Shown: in pieces, positions 9,321 through 17,896 of the stretch | How positions within the stretch are numbered: the stretch's first letter is position 1 | How the letters are laid out: the number at the start of each line of letters is the position of its first letter | From: Thermodesulfobacterium commune DSM 2178 | GTDB lineage: Bacteria; Desulfobacterota; Thermodesulfobacteria; Thermodesulfobacteriales; Thermodesulfobacteriaceae | Assembly (NCBI RefSeq): GCF_000734015.1 | Contig: NZ_CP008796.1 | Span: 510,001 to 542,000 of the forward strand | DNA length: 32,000 nucleotides | Direction: 5' to 3' | Notes under the pieces: model-generated | Told to the model about the DNA's origin: nothing | The model's database searches: none | Seen by the model: the letters and a program-made list of their open reading frames with translations, nothing else | Program-made: the position numbers and the translations under genes

Positions 9321-10733
9321 ATGATAGAACTTAAAAACCAGTTAAAACTTAGTCAACAACTGATTTTAACCCCTCAACTAAAGCTCTTGTTAAAAGTCCT
9401 TCAACTTAACACCTTAGAATTAGAAGAATATATAGTACAAGAGGCTCAGACCAATCCTTTTTTAGAGATAGAATATAAAGATTTGGCTCCAAAAGTTAGT
9501 CAAGATAGAGACCATATACCTGAAGAAGTTAAACTAACAGATGAAATAGATTTAGGAACTGAGGAATTTTTAGAAAAGAGTTTATATCTTATAGAACCTC
9601 AAGAGGAACCGGAAGAGCCTATCTGGGAAAAAACCCTTAAGGCTGAAGACAAACTCAGTGATTATTTACTCTGGCAGTTTCGGATGAAAGAGTTTACTCC
9701 TGTCGAATACGAAATCGCCCAGTATATCGTAGGGAATCTTGATGAAAAAGGATATCTAACCGTTTCTTCTGAAGAACTATCTAAAGAGCTGAACATTGCT
9801 GTAGAGAAGGTAGAAAAAGTAAGAAATGTCATAAAGTTTTTAGACCCAGTAGGGGTAGCCTCTTACGATGTTAAAGAATGTTTACTTACTCAGCTTTTAT
9901 TTATGGGTTACAAAGAAGAAAGTCTTCCTTATGTGCTGATAGAAAAATATTTTGAACAAATTCCTGAAGGAGTAGACATACTTTCTCAAAAGTTAGGTAT
10001 AGAACCTTTAAAGATAGAAGAGGCTTTAGAGGTTATCAAACATCTTGAGCCCTATCCTGCCAGAAATTTTTATGTAGAAACTTCCACCTACATAGAACCA
10101 GACCTCAGGTTTTATAGGGAAGATGAAGAATGGAAGGTAGAGGTTCTCAAGGAAAAAAGCTTTAAGGTAAGATTAAATAACTTTTATTTAGAATACTTAA
10201 AATTAAAGAAAAAGGACCCCCGGTTTTTAAAGTCAAAACAGTTTTTAAAAGAGAAATTTAAAGAAGCGGAAAATTTGCTAAAGGCTTTAGACAGTAGATA
10301 TTCAAGCCTTTATAAAGTTGGAGCAGCCATTTTGACACATCAAAAGGAGTTTTTAGAAAAAGGAATTAAATATTTAAAACCTCTTACTTTAAGGATGTTG
10401 GCTGAAGAAACCCAGTTGCATGAATCTACTATCAGTAGGATTATTAACCGCAAATATGTACAAACGCCTTCAGGAGTTTTTTCTCTTAAGTTTTTCTTTT
10501 CTTCAGGTTATGAATCTTCTGACGGAACAAGCCTTTCTTCTAAAGCAGTAAAAGACCTTATTAAACAGATCATTTCTCAAGAAAACCCTGAAAAACCTTT
10601 AAGTGATAACGAGGTGGCTAAAGTTTTAAAATCTAAATATGGGGTTAATATAGCAAGAAGAACGGTTACTAAATACAGAGAAGAACTTCAAATTCCCTCA
10701 GTTCGCGAAAGGAAAAAACAAAATAAGAGGTAA
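9321..10733 (+). CDS. rpoN: RNA polymerase sigma-54 factor
   Basis: 470 aa. Gln/Leu-rich region I (LKLSQQLILTPQLKLLLKVLQL), an HTH (ESTISRIINRKY) and the RpoN box ARRTVTKYRE. Confidence 0.95.
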   Translation: MIELKNQLKLSQQLILTPQLKLLLKVLQLNTLELEEYIVQEAQTNPFLEIEYKDLAPKVSQDRDHIPEEVKLTDEIDLGTEEFLEKSLYLIEPQEEPEEPIWEKTLKAEDKLSDYLLWQFRMKEFTPVEYEIAQYIVGNLDEKGYLTVSSEELSKELNIAVEKVEKVRNVIKFLDPVGVASYDVKECLLTQLLFMGYKEESLPYVLIEKYFEQIPEGVDILSQKLGIEPLKIEEALEVIKHLEPYPARNFYVETSTYIEPDLRFYREDEEWKVEVLKEKSFKVRLNNFYLEYLKLKKKDPRFLKSKQFLKEKFKEAENLLKALDSRYSSLYKVGAAILTHQKEFLEKGIKYLKPLTLRMLAEETQLHESTISRIINRKYVQTPSGVFSLKFFFSSGYESSDGTSLSSKAVKDLIKQIISQENPEKPLSDNEVAKVLKSKYGVNIARRTVTKYREELQIPSVRERKKQNKR

Positions 10734-10738
10734 GCCTT

Positions 10739-11749
10739 ATGCCTTTTGTAGCCTTTGACTGCGAAGGACCTTTAACCTTAAACGACAACGCTTTTGAGTA
10801 TTCTAAGTTTATGATGCCTGAAGGCCATAGATTTTTTAAACAAGTCTCTCGTTTTGACGATTACTTAGCAGACATTAAAAAACGTCCTGGATACAAACCA
10901 GGAGACACCCTTAAATTGATACTCCCTTTTTTAAAACTTTTTGGAGCAACCAACCAAAGCCTTAGAGAGTTTTCTCGGAAAACTTTGCTTTTTTTACCTA
11001 AGATACCTGAGGTTTTAAAGGAGATTAAAAATTTAGTCCCAACTTTTATCATCAGCACAAGTTATAAACCCTATTTAGAAGCCCTTGCTGAGGCTATAGA
11101 GTTTCCTATGGACCATATATTCTGTACGGAGGTAGACCTTGATAAAGTAACCCTTTCAAAAGAAGAAGTCAAAATTTTAGAAAAACTATACCAAGAAATA
11201 CTTTCTTATCCAACTATAGAAATACCGTTAAGAGCCACTTCTCCTTCAGACCTACCTTCAGAACTCTTAAGTGTGCTTGAACGGATGGAAGAAATTTTTT
11301 TTGAAATTATTTGGAATCTTGATGTAGGGGTATTTTTAAGAGAGATTAACCCTGTAGGGGGAGAAGAAAAGGCAAGAGCCTGTCAACAAATATCTGAAAG
11401 TTTAAATGTTTCTTTTTCAGAAGGATTTTATGTAGGAGATAGCATCACTGATATGAAGGCTTTAACCCTTCTGAGAGAAAACCAGGGAGTATCTTTAGCC
11501 TTTAATCCAAACAGATATGCCTTAAAAACTGCAGAATTTTATGCTTTAAGCAAAAACGGAGTTATTTTTAAAGACCTGGTAAAACTGTTTATCGAACAAG
11601 GCAAAGAAGGGCTTGATAGTTTTGTATCTTTTAAAGATTATGAGTTTCAAAAAGTTCCTTCAGAGTCTGAAGTTTTTGAAAATCTTGTAGACAAGTGTGA
11701 AAATTTCAGAAAGATCATTAGGGGGGCGTTGATAGGTGATTTAGGATGA
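10739..11749 (+). CDS. HAD-superfamily-like protein of unknown function (as I recall, relatives are often auto-annotated as energy-converting hydrogenase A subunit R)
   Basis: 336 aa. N-terminal VAFDCEGPLTLNDNAFE occupies the position of HAD motif I, and GDSITDM occupies motif IV. It starts 6 nt after the rpoN stop and overlaps the next gene as ATGA. Confidence 0.55.
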   Translation: MPFVAFDCEGPLTLNDNAFEYSKFMMPEGHRFFKQVSRFDDYLADIKKRPGYKPGDTLKLILPFLKLFGATNQSLREFSRKTLLFLPKIPEVLKEIKNLVPTFIISTSYKPYLEALAEAIEFPMDHIFCTEVDLDKVTLSKEEVKILEKLYQEILSYPTIEIPLRATSPSDLPSELLSVLERMEEIFFEIIWNLDVGVFLREINPVGGEEKARACQQISESLNVSFSEGFYVGDSITDMKALTLLRENQGVSLAFNPNRYALKTAEFYALSKNGVIFKDLVKLFIEQGKEGLDSFVSFKDYEFQKVPSESEVFENLVDKCENFRKIIRGALIGDLG

Positions 11750-12486
11750 TACCCTTACAAGATATCTTACCAAGACGTAACCCCCCAGTAATGACCTGGT
11801 TTCTCATTCTTTTGAATACCTTAGTGTTTTTCTATGAACTTTCTTTATCTACTGTAGAAAGAGAAGTCTTTTTTAAAACCTGGGGATTTATACCTGCCAT
11901 CTTTTTTGATCCTTACTTTAACTTTCTTGTCGGTTTTCCTTGGTATCATAAGTTTTTAACCCTTTTTACCCATCTTTTTATCCACGGAGGTTGGCTTCAT
12001 TTTATAGGTAACATGTGGACATTATGGATTTTTGGGGATAATGTAGAAGACCGGTTAGGGCCTTTTAAGTTTTTATTTTTTTATTTAGTGTGTGGCATTT
12101 TAGCTACGATGCTTCATTCTTTTATCTATCCTAACTCTGTTATTCCTTTGGTAGGAGCCTCTGGTGCTATCTCTGGAGTTATGGGAGCTTACTTTTTATT
12201 GTATCCTTTAGCAAGAATTTTGGTAGTTTTTCCGGTGTTGTTTATACCTCTATTTTTTGAGGTCCCTGCCTTCATATTTTTGGGTTTATGGTTTTTGCTT
12301 CAGTTTTATAACGGACTTTTTTCCTTGGTTTTACCGGAGAGCTTTGGTGGGGTTGCCTGGTTTGCTCATATAGGTGGTTTTTTGGCAGGAGCCTTGCTAT
12401 ATAAAATTTTCTGTAAAAGAAAATGCAGGTTCTATCGAGATGAATATACCTTTTTTGGTTCCTTTTTTGATATAGACAAACCTTAA
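11746..12486 (+). CDS. Rhomboid family intramembrane serine protease
   Basis: 246 aa, polytopic. Motifs: HLFIHGGWLHFIGNM, catalytic-Ser motif GASGAISGVMGAY, and catalytic-His motif HIGGFLAG. Confidence 0.9.
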   Translation: MIPLQDILPRRNPPVMTWFLILLNTLVFFYELSLSTVEREVFFKTWGFIPAIFFDPYFNFLVGFPWYHKFLTLFTHLFIHGGWLHFIGNMWTLWIFGDNVEDRLGPFKFLFFYLVCGILATMLHSFIYPNSVIPLVGASGAISGVMGAYFLLYPLARILVVFPVLFIPLFFEVPAFIFLGLWFLLQFYNGLFSLVLPESFGGVAWFAHIGGFLAGALLYKIFCKRKCRFYRDEYTFFGSFFDIDKP

Positions 12487-12501
12487 GGGGGGTTTTATGT
12501 T

Positions 12502-13323
12502 ATGTTTGGTATAGGAGACCTTTTCTGGATTATCTTTTTTGCCATTGCTATGCAACCTTTTTTAAGACAAAAGTTCTTAGAAATAGCCAGACAAAAAGCC
12601 ATAGAACAAATCGAAAAAAAGAGAGGTTCAAGGGTTATTTTATTGGTTCATCGTCAAGAAAAGATGTCATTTTTTGGTTTTCCTCTGATGAGATACATCG
12701 ATATCAACGATTCTGAAGAGGTAATAAGGGCCATACATCTTACAGATAAAGATGTTCCTATAGATATCATCCTTCACACTCCAGGAGGATTGGTTTTAGC
12801 CTCCCTTCAGATTGCCCTTGCTATAAAAAAACACCCGGCTAAGGTTACAGCCTTTATCCCTCATTATGCCATGAGTGGAGGAACCCTTATTGCTCTTGCC
12901 TGTGATGAAATAGTGATGGACGAACACGCTGTGCTTGGACCAGTAGATCCTCAAATAGGAGAGTATCCAGCCGCCTCTATTTTAAGGGCAGTTAAAAGAA
13001 AACCTTTAGAACATATCGACGATAAAACCTTAATTTTAGCAGACGTAGCTGAGATGGCTTTAAAACAGATGAAAGAAAACCTAAAACTGATCCTTAACGA
13101 TAGATACCCTGAAGAAAAAATAACCGAATTAGCAGAAGTATTGTCTCAAGGATATTTTACTCATGACTATCCTATTACTTATGAAAAAGCCTTAGAATTA
13201 GGGCTACCGGTGAGTAAAGACATGCCTATAGAGATCTATCAACTCATGAAATTATTTCCTCAACCAACAACCACAACCTCTTCGGTAGAATATATACCTT
13301 TGCCTAAAAAAGGCAAACCTTAA
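12502..13323 (+). CDS. Membrane-anchored ClpP-fold serine protease, SDH (serine dehydrogenase proteinase) family
   Basis: 273 aa. N-terminal TM helix, then RGSRVILLVHRQE...ILHTPGGLVLASLQIA...PHYAMSGGTLIALACDEIVMD...LGPVDPQIG, which is the pattern I recognise for Pfam SDH_sah-type proteases. Confidence 0.75.
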   Translation: MFGIGDLFWIIFFAIAMQPFLRQKFLEIARQKAIEQIEKKRGSRVILLVHRQEKMSFFGFPLMRYIDINDSEEVIRAIHLTDKDVPIDIILHTPGGLVLASLQIALAIKKHPAKVTAFIPHYAMSGGTLIALACDEIVMDEHAVLGPVDPQIGEYPAASILRAVKRKPLEHIDDKTLILADVAEMALKQMKENLKLILNDRYPEEKITELAEVLSQGYFTHDYPITYEKALELGLPVSKDMPIEIYQLMKLFPQPTTTTSSVEYIPLPKKGKP

Positions 13324-13868
13324 ACACCTTTAGAAGATATCAGCGATTTCAATGTTTCTGCGAATATTTGAAAATGTTCTTCTTTCCAGAGGACAAACAC
13401 AATTTTTTGGGGGGCTTTATGTTTTTTCAGAAAGTCACATACTGTTTTTAAGGCGATCTCTGCAGCCTCTTTAATAGGATAACCATAGGCTCCTGTGCTA
13501 AGAGCAGGAAAAGCAACTGAGTTGAGACCATAATCTAAAGCTAATTTTAAAGCACTTTGGTAAGCCTTCTTAAGAAGTTCAGGTTCACCACTTTTTCCAT
13601 CTTTATATATAGGACCTACTGTATGAATAACATATTTTGCCTTAAGATTACCACCTTTAGTGATTACTGCTTCACCAGTAGGACATCTTTTATATTTAGA
13701 CCTAATTTCTTCAAGAATGGAGGGGCCACCTTTTCTATGAATGGCTCCGTCAACCCCTCCCCCTGGAATAAGTTCTTCGTTAGCTGCGTTAACTATAGCT
13801 TCTGTTTCTTGTTCAGTAATATCTCCTTGGACTAATTCAACTTCACATCCATCAATATAAACCTTCAT
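13320..13868 (-). CDS. Stand-alone macro domain protein (O-acetyl-ADP-ribose deacetylase / ADP-ribose binding, YmdB/Af1521-like)
   Basis: 182 aa. Motifs: NAANEELIPGGGVDGAIHRKGG and STGAYGYP. Its stop shares the TTAA at 13320-13323 with the convergent protease gene. Confidence 0.88.
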   Translation of the reverse strand: MKVYIDGCEVELVQGDITEQETEAIVNAANEELIPGGGVDGAIHRKGGPSILEEIRSKYKRCPTGEAVITKGGNLKAKYVIHTVGPIYKDGKSGEPELLKKAYQSALKLALDYGLNSVAFPALSTGAYGYPIKEAAEIALKTVCDFLKKHKAPQKIVFVLWKEEHFQIFAETLKSLISSKGV

Positions 13869-13869
13869 G

Positions 13870-13897
13870 GTTTTACCTTCCCTTTTTAAGGTAAAAC
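13870..13897 (-). promoter_or_regulatory. Perfect 10-bp stem / 8-nt loop hairpin between tRNA-Arg and the macro-domain start codon
   Basis: GTTTTACCTT (13870-13879) pairs with AAGGTAAAAC (13888-13897). On the minus-strand RNA the 3' arm carries the only AAGG Shine-Dalgarno candidate, 7 nt before AUG 13868. The 5' arm abuts the tRNA discriminator base. Confidence 0.4.
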
Positions 13898-13970
13898 GGG
13901 TCTGGGGGGATTTGAACCCCCGACTCCTGGCTCCGGAGGCCAGTGCTCTTTCCAGCTGAGCTACAGACCC
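13897..13970 (-). tRNA. tRNA-Arg (anticodon CCG)
   Basis: Manual cloverleaf, 74 nt. Acceptor GGGTCTG/CAGACCC, D stem GCTC/GAGC, anticodon stem CTGGC/GCCAG with loop CTCCGGA, T stem GGGGG/CCCCC with loop TTCAAAT. No encoded CCA. Confidence 0.93.
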
Positions 13971-14003
13971 ATCACCTTTAAATTATACCATAAACAAATT
14001 CTT

Positions 14004-15935
14004 TTACACCTTAACCCCTTCAATTGCCTTGTTTAATTCCATAATAACATTTTTAAGTACTTCTATCTCTTCGACAACCCTATCGTTTAATTCTTTTACC
14101 TCAACAGCAAGCTGACTTGACTGAATGGCAGCCTGAGCAACCTGATTGCTGGCTACACTCTGCTCTTCGGTTGCTGCTGCTATTTGATTGATAGCATCCC
14201 TAACCTGAATGCTTGATTGAGCAATATTTTCAAGAACATCTTTAATTTTTGTCAAAGCATCTAATGCCTTTCCTACCTTTTCAACCGTAGTATTCATATT
14301 GTCCATAGAGTTCTTAGACTCTTGTTGAACGGCTAAAATTCTGTTTGCAATATCTTCGGTTGCCTTTATCGTTTTTTCAGCAAGCTTTCTAACCTCTCCT
14401 GCAACCACCGCAAAACCTTTTCCATGCTCTCCAGCTCGTGCTGCTTCTATCGTTGCATTAAGTGCAAGAAGGTTTGTCTGGTCTGCTATGTCTTTAATTA
14501 GACCAACGATATCTCCTATCTCGTTTACTCTTGTGTTTAAAGTATCCAAGGTTTTCTTAAGTTCATCTGTTGCTTGAGTGGTTTCATGGATTATTACCAT
14601 AGACTCATCAGCTAACCTTGCTCCTTCTTCTGATACTTTTTGAGATTTATTGGCTAATTCTTGAGCATAATGAGCGTTTTTAGCAACATCTGCAATGGTT
14701 GCACTCATCTCCTCCACCGCTGCTGCAATCTGATTTGCCTGATTGGTCTGAAGGTCAATCTTTTTCTTTACAGCATCAACATTACTCAAAAGATTTCCTA
14801 TAACCTCATAAATGGTTTCGGCTGAACTTTTAATCTGTTTTACCAGTCCTTGGGTGAATTCTTCAACCTTGATAATTGCCTGGGCGATAAGACCAATTTC
14901 ATCTTTTCTATTTCTGTACCCCTTTCCAAAACCAACCCTACTAAAATCACCTTTGGCTACCTCTCCAAGTTTTGCTGCCATGTCTGGAATTGGGGTCAAG
15001 CTTCTTTGTGTGACTACATAAATAAGTATTCCTATAGCAATGGCTGCTAAAACATTTAAAACAAACATGACATTTCTAAAAGTATAAGACACCCCATAAA
15101 TTTGACTCTTAGGAACGTTGATAGAAATTAACCATTTAAAACCAGGATAAACTTGAGCTATAGAGACATGTTTTTCCCCGTTTATCTTTGTTTCTAAAGC
15201 TTCTCCTTCTCTTGCTTTTGATAGCTTTTCTAAATTTTCTTTTCCTAAATCTTTTCCAGCAATAAGTTTAGGTTCTCCTTTTGAAACATCATACACAGAC
15301 ACAAACCCTCTTTCTCCTATCTTAAGACTACCTAAATAATTTTTGAACTCATTCATAACAGAAGTGATATCAAAACCTATGAAAAATACACCGATTACAT
15401 TTCCGCTCGAATCTTTGACAGGTACATATTTAGTCATATATTCTTTACCAAAAAGGGTAGCCTTTCCTACATAAGGTTCACCTCTCATCAAAAGTTCATA
15501 TCCAGGATGAGACTTTCCTAAAAAAGTTCCAACCGCACGGGTTCCGTCTTCTTTCTTAAGAGAGGTTGCAACTCTTAAAAAATCCTCCCCTTCTCTTTTA
15601 AAAATGGTTGCTACACTTCCACCTGTGATAGCAGTAAACCTATCACAGACATCGTTGGTAGGATTACTAATACTTGGTCCCAAAGACATAAAAACATTCA
15701 TAAAACGGTCAGCTAAATACCTTGCAAACTGGTCAAAGGTTTGTAGTTCATGGATAATCGTTTTAAATTCAAGGTTTAAGGTTGCAAGTTCTTTCTTTTT
15801 TATGGAAGAACTTGTTTGAAAATAAAGAACAGCCGCAACTATAGAATACACTAACAAAATAGAAACAAGAGCTAAAACAAAAATCTTTTTACTTAAAGAT
15901 AAACCATCTAAAACATTTTTACCCCTTTCTCCCAT
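14004..15935 (-). CDS. Methyl-accepting chemotaxis protein with periplasmic double-Cache (Cache_3-Cache_2-like) sensor, HAMP and MA domains
   Basis: 643 aa. TM1 ([22 protein letters not shown]); sensor block ..[58 protein letters not shown]..; TM2; canonical tip [32 protein letters not shown]. Confidence 0.9.
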   Translation of the reverse strand: MGERGKNVLDGLSLSKKIFVLALVSILLVYSIVAAVLYFQTSSSIKKKELATLNLEFKTIIHELQTFDQFARYLADRFMNVFMSLGPSISNPTNDVCDRFTAITGGSVATIFKREGEDFLRVATSLKKEDGTRAVGTFLGKSHPGYELLMRGEPYVGKATLFGKEYMTKYVPVKDSSGNVIGVFFIGFDITSVMNEFKNYLGSLKIGERGFVSVYDVSKGEPKLIAGKDLGKENLEKLSKAREGEALETKINGEKHVSIAQVYPGFKWLISINVPKSQIYGVSYTFRNVMFVLNVLAAIAIGILIYVVTQRSLTPIPDMAAKLGEVAKGDFSRVGFGKGYRNRKDEIGLIAQAIIKVEEFTQGLVKQIKSSAETIYEVIGNLLSNVDAVKKKIDLQTNQANQIAAAVEEMSATIADVAKNAHYAQELANKSQKVSEEGARLADESMVIIHETTQATDELKKTLDTLNTRVNEIGDIVGLIKDIADQTNLLALNATIEAARAGEHGKGFAVVAGEVRKLAEKTIKATEDIANRILAVQQESKNSMDNMNTTVEKVGKALDALTKIKDVLENIAQSSIQVRDAINQIAAATEEQSVASNQVAQAAIQSSQLAVEVKELNDRVVEEIEVLKNVIMELNKAIEGVKV

Positions 15936-16008
15936 TTCCTCCTCCTGGAATTAAATAATATATTATTATTTATACTTTTCATTAACCTTTTATTATAATT
16001 AACATTTT

Positions 16009-16036
16009 ATTATAAAAACAGGGTCCTAAAAGTCAA
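16009..16036 (-). promoter_or_regulatory. Candidate sigma70-type promoter for the 643-aa MCP (TTGACT-16 nt-TATAAT on the minus strand)
   Basis: The reverse strand reads TTGACTTTTAGGACCCTGTTTTTATAAT. The -10 hexamer lies about 70 nt upstream of ATG 15935. Confidence 0.5.
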
Positions 16037-16222
16037 GCAATATTGACATAAAAAAGCTAAGAGCTAAAAGATAAAAAAGTAACATGCACTACTAAAGAAT
16101 ATTCAAAAAAGAAAGAATTCACAAAATTGTTTGTTAAAATTTTATATTAAAAGGTACAACTTAATACTTATAAGGTTAATCTATTTTAAAAAACATAATG
16201 GCAAAGCGGTAAAAATATTCAA

Positions 16223-16250
16223 TTGTTCAAAAAATCACATATCCTAAAAT
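16223..16250 (+). promoter_or_regulatory. Candidate promoter for the disrupted MCP (TTGTTC-16 nt-TAAAAT)
   Basis: Hexamers at 16223-16228 and 16245-16250, about 70 nt upstream of ATG 16319. The -35 hexamer is weak. Confidence 0.3.
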
Positions 16251-16541
16251 TCCTTTTTAAATTTTTATAAAATTTAAGAATAGAAAAAGTATTCAAATAT
16301 TGGTAGGAGGTGGGGAACATGAAAAAGTTTGAAAATTTGAGTATAAAAAATAAGCTTTTGCTTTTAGTCTTTTTTTCTTTATTTGGTTATATAATATTTT
16401 TCCTTTTACAATCTACTTACTTAAAAGAATCTATTCTAAAAGAAAAAAAGGTAGAACTAATTCAAAAAGGAGAGATGGCCTTATCTATAGTAGAATATTA
16501 CTACAGTCTTTATAAAGCTGGGAATCTTACCGAAGAAGAGG

Positions 16542-16549
16542 CTAAAGAA
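16542..16549. repeat. Left copy of the 8-bp target-site duplication CTAAAGAA
   Basis: Identical octamer found directly outside both IS termini. Confidence 0.85.
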
Positions 16550-17888
16550 GGGAGTAGAATATAAATTGTGTCTTTTAATAAAATATTTTAGAGGCATAAT
16601 AAAAATTTTTAATATTTTTTAAATTAATGATAACATAAAACCTAAAAGACTAAACTAACCAGGAGGTCTGTAAAATGAAAAACTTAGACTTAGATTTAGA
16701 AAAAGTTTTAAGTGAAATCTCAAAAATTGAATCAAAAGAGGGTATCAAAATGGCTGCTGCACTCCTCTTAAACGCTCTCATGAAAAAAGAAAGAGAAATA
16801 TTCCTTAGAGATAGTATTGATAATAAAGCTAATGGTTACTATGAAAGACAACTTGCCTGTTTCTTAGGTAACCTTGGTATCTCTGTCCCAAGAGATAGAA
16901 AATCTGAATTCAGACCTGCTATTCTTCCTCCTGAATGGCAAAAAGCTGATGAATCTTTCCAGGACTTTATCCTTAACCTCGTTCTCCAAAGCTACTCCCC
17001 CAATAAAATCAAAGCCCTCTTGCAATCTATGAAACTTCCCTACTCTCCAGAACAAATAGAAGAAATTAAAGAAGAATTGTATAACCAAGCCAAAGAATTA
17101 AAAACCAAAGAATTGCCAGAAAATTTGTTTGCTATGTTTATAGACGCTTATCATACTCAGATAAAAGATACCGAAGCCAACAGAATCAGAAAAGCAGTTA
17201 TTTATAATATCATCGGAATAGATATGGAGGGAAGAAAAAATTTACTTTCTTATTACATTTATTTTGGTTCAGAGACGAAGGAGGACTGGCTCCAGATACT
17301 TAATGATTTGATAAAGAGGGGAGTTAAGAGGGTTATGGTAATAGTGAGTGATGATTTTCCTGGCCTTGCTCAAGCCATAAAAGCCCTTTTTCCTGAGACA
17401 GATCATCAGCTTTGTTTTGTACACATGCAAAGGAACATCAACAGGAACATGTCTAAGCAGGATGCTAAAAAATTTTATGAGGAGTTAAGCATTATAAAGA
17501 GGATAGAGGAGTATGAGAGGGCCTTAATTAGATTTGAGGAATTATGTAAGAGTTATGAGAAGAAGTATCCAGCTTATATAAAGGGACTTTTGAAAAAGAA
17601 GGAGCATTATTTTGTTTATAAGAAATATCCTGAGGGGGTGAGGAGGTATATATACACGACGAATGTGGTTGAGAATATAAATAGCAGGATAGAGCTGATA
17701 AGGGTAAATACAGGGGGATATTTTCAATCAATCAAGACAGCAGAGGTTGCGATATACATAACAGTAAGTCGGATTCAGAAAACGAGATGGCAAAAACCAC
17801 TTCCTTTAATTAAGTCTGCTTTATACGAATTGAGGCAAATGTTTGTAAAGAGATTTTATAAGGAGACACAATTCTCTTGACAAGTGTC
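16550..17888 (+). mobile_element. IS256-family insertion sequence (1339 bp)
   Basis: Flanked by direct CTAAAGAA repeats. Both ends carry the core AATTGTGTCT 14-15 nt from the tip: left GGGAGTAGAATATAAATTGTGTCT, right reverse-complement GACACTTGTCAAGAGAATTGTGTCT. This resembles the IS256 terminal repeat as I remember it. It has a single transposase ORF ending 8 nt from the right tip. Confidence 0.88.
16675..17880 (+). CDS. IS256/Mutator-family DDE transposase
   Basis: 401 aa. Motifs: FIDAYH.., [36 protein letters not shown] and [23 protein letters not shown] upstream. Confidence 0.92.
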   Translation: MKNLDLDLEKVLSEISKIESKEGIKMAAALLLNALMKKEREIFLRDSIDNKANGYYERQLACFLGNLGISVPRDRKSEFRPAILPPEWQKADESFQDFILNLVLQSYSPNKIKALLQSMKLPYSPEQIEEIKEELYNQAKELKTKELPENLFAMFIDAYHTQIKDTEANRIRKAVIYNIIGIDMEGRKNLLSYYIYFGSETKEDWLQILNDLIKRGVKRVMVIVSDDFPGLAQAIKALFPETDHQLCFVHMQRNINRNMSKQDAKKFYEELSIIKRIEEYERALIRFEELCKSYEKKYPAYIKGLLKKKEHYFVYKKYPEGVRRYIYTTNVVENINSRIELIRVNTGGYFQSIKTAEVAIYITVSRIQKTRWQKPLPLIKSALYELRQMFVKRFYKETQFS

Positions 17889-17896
17889 CTAAAGAA
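17889..17896. repeat. Right copy of the 8-bp target-site duplication CTAAAGAA
   Basis: Identical to 16542-16549 and directly abuts the right IS terminus. Confidence 0.85.

Noticed and set aside
13320-13868. Macro-domain protein as a DarG-like antitoxin or defence component
   Set aside because: It is a 182-aa stand-alone macro domain with no DarT-like or other toxin gene adjacent. Its neighbours are a tRNA and a protease gene. It fits the housekeeping YmdB/Af1521 type.
14380-14500. Possible inverted repeat between the two MCP signalling tips (14.4 kb and 18.9 kb) that could drive inversion
   Set aside because: Nucleotide identity is limited to short runs (about 21 nt, CGAGCTGGAGAGCATGGAAAA, plus a few shorter ones). 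That is explained by amino-acid conservation of the tip and is not a repeat element.
15936-16309. 374-bp AT-rich divergent intergenic region as a possible ncRNA or CRISPR leader
   Set aside because: It contains no direct repeats and no stable conserved-looking structure. It is adequately explained as two divergent promoter regions for the MCP genes.
16310-16318. GTG start (MGNMKKF..) given by the ORF track for the MCP 5' fragment
   Set aside because: ATG 16319 is preceded by AGGAGGTG at proper spacing, and the GTG lies inside that Shine-Dalgarno sequence.
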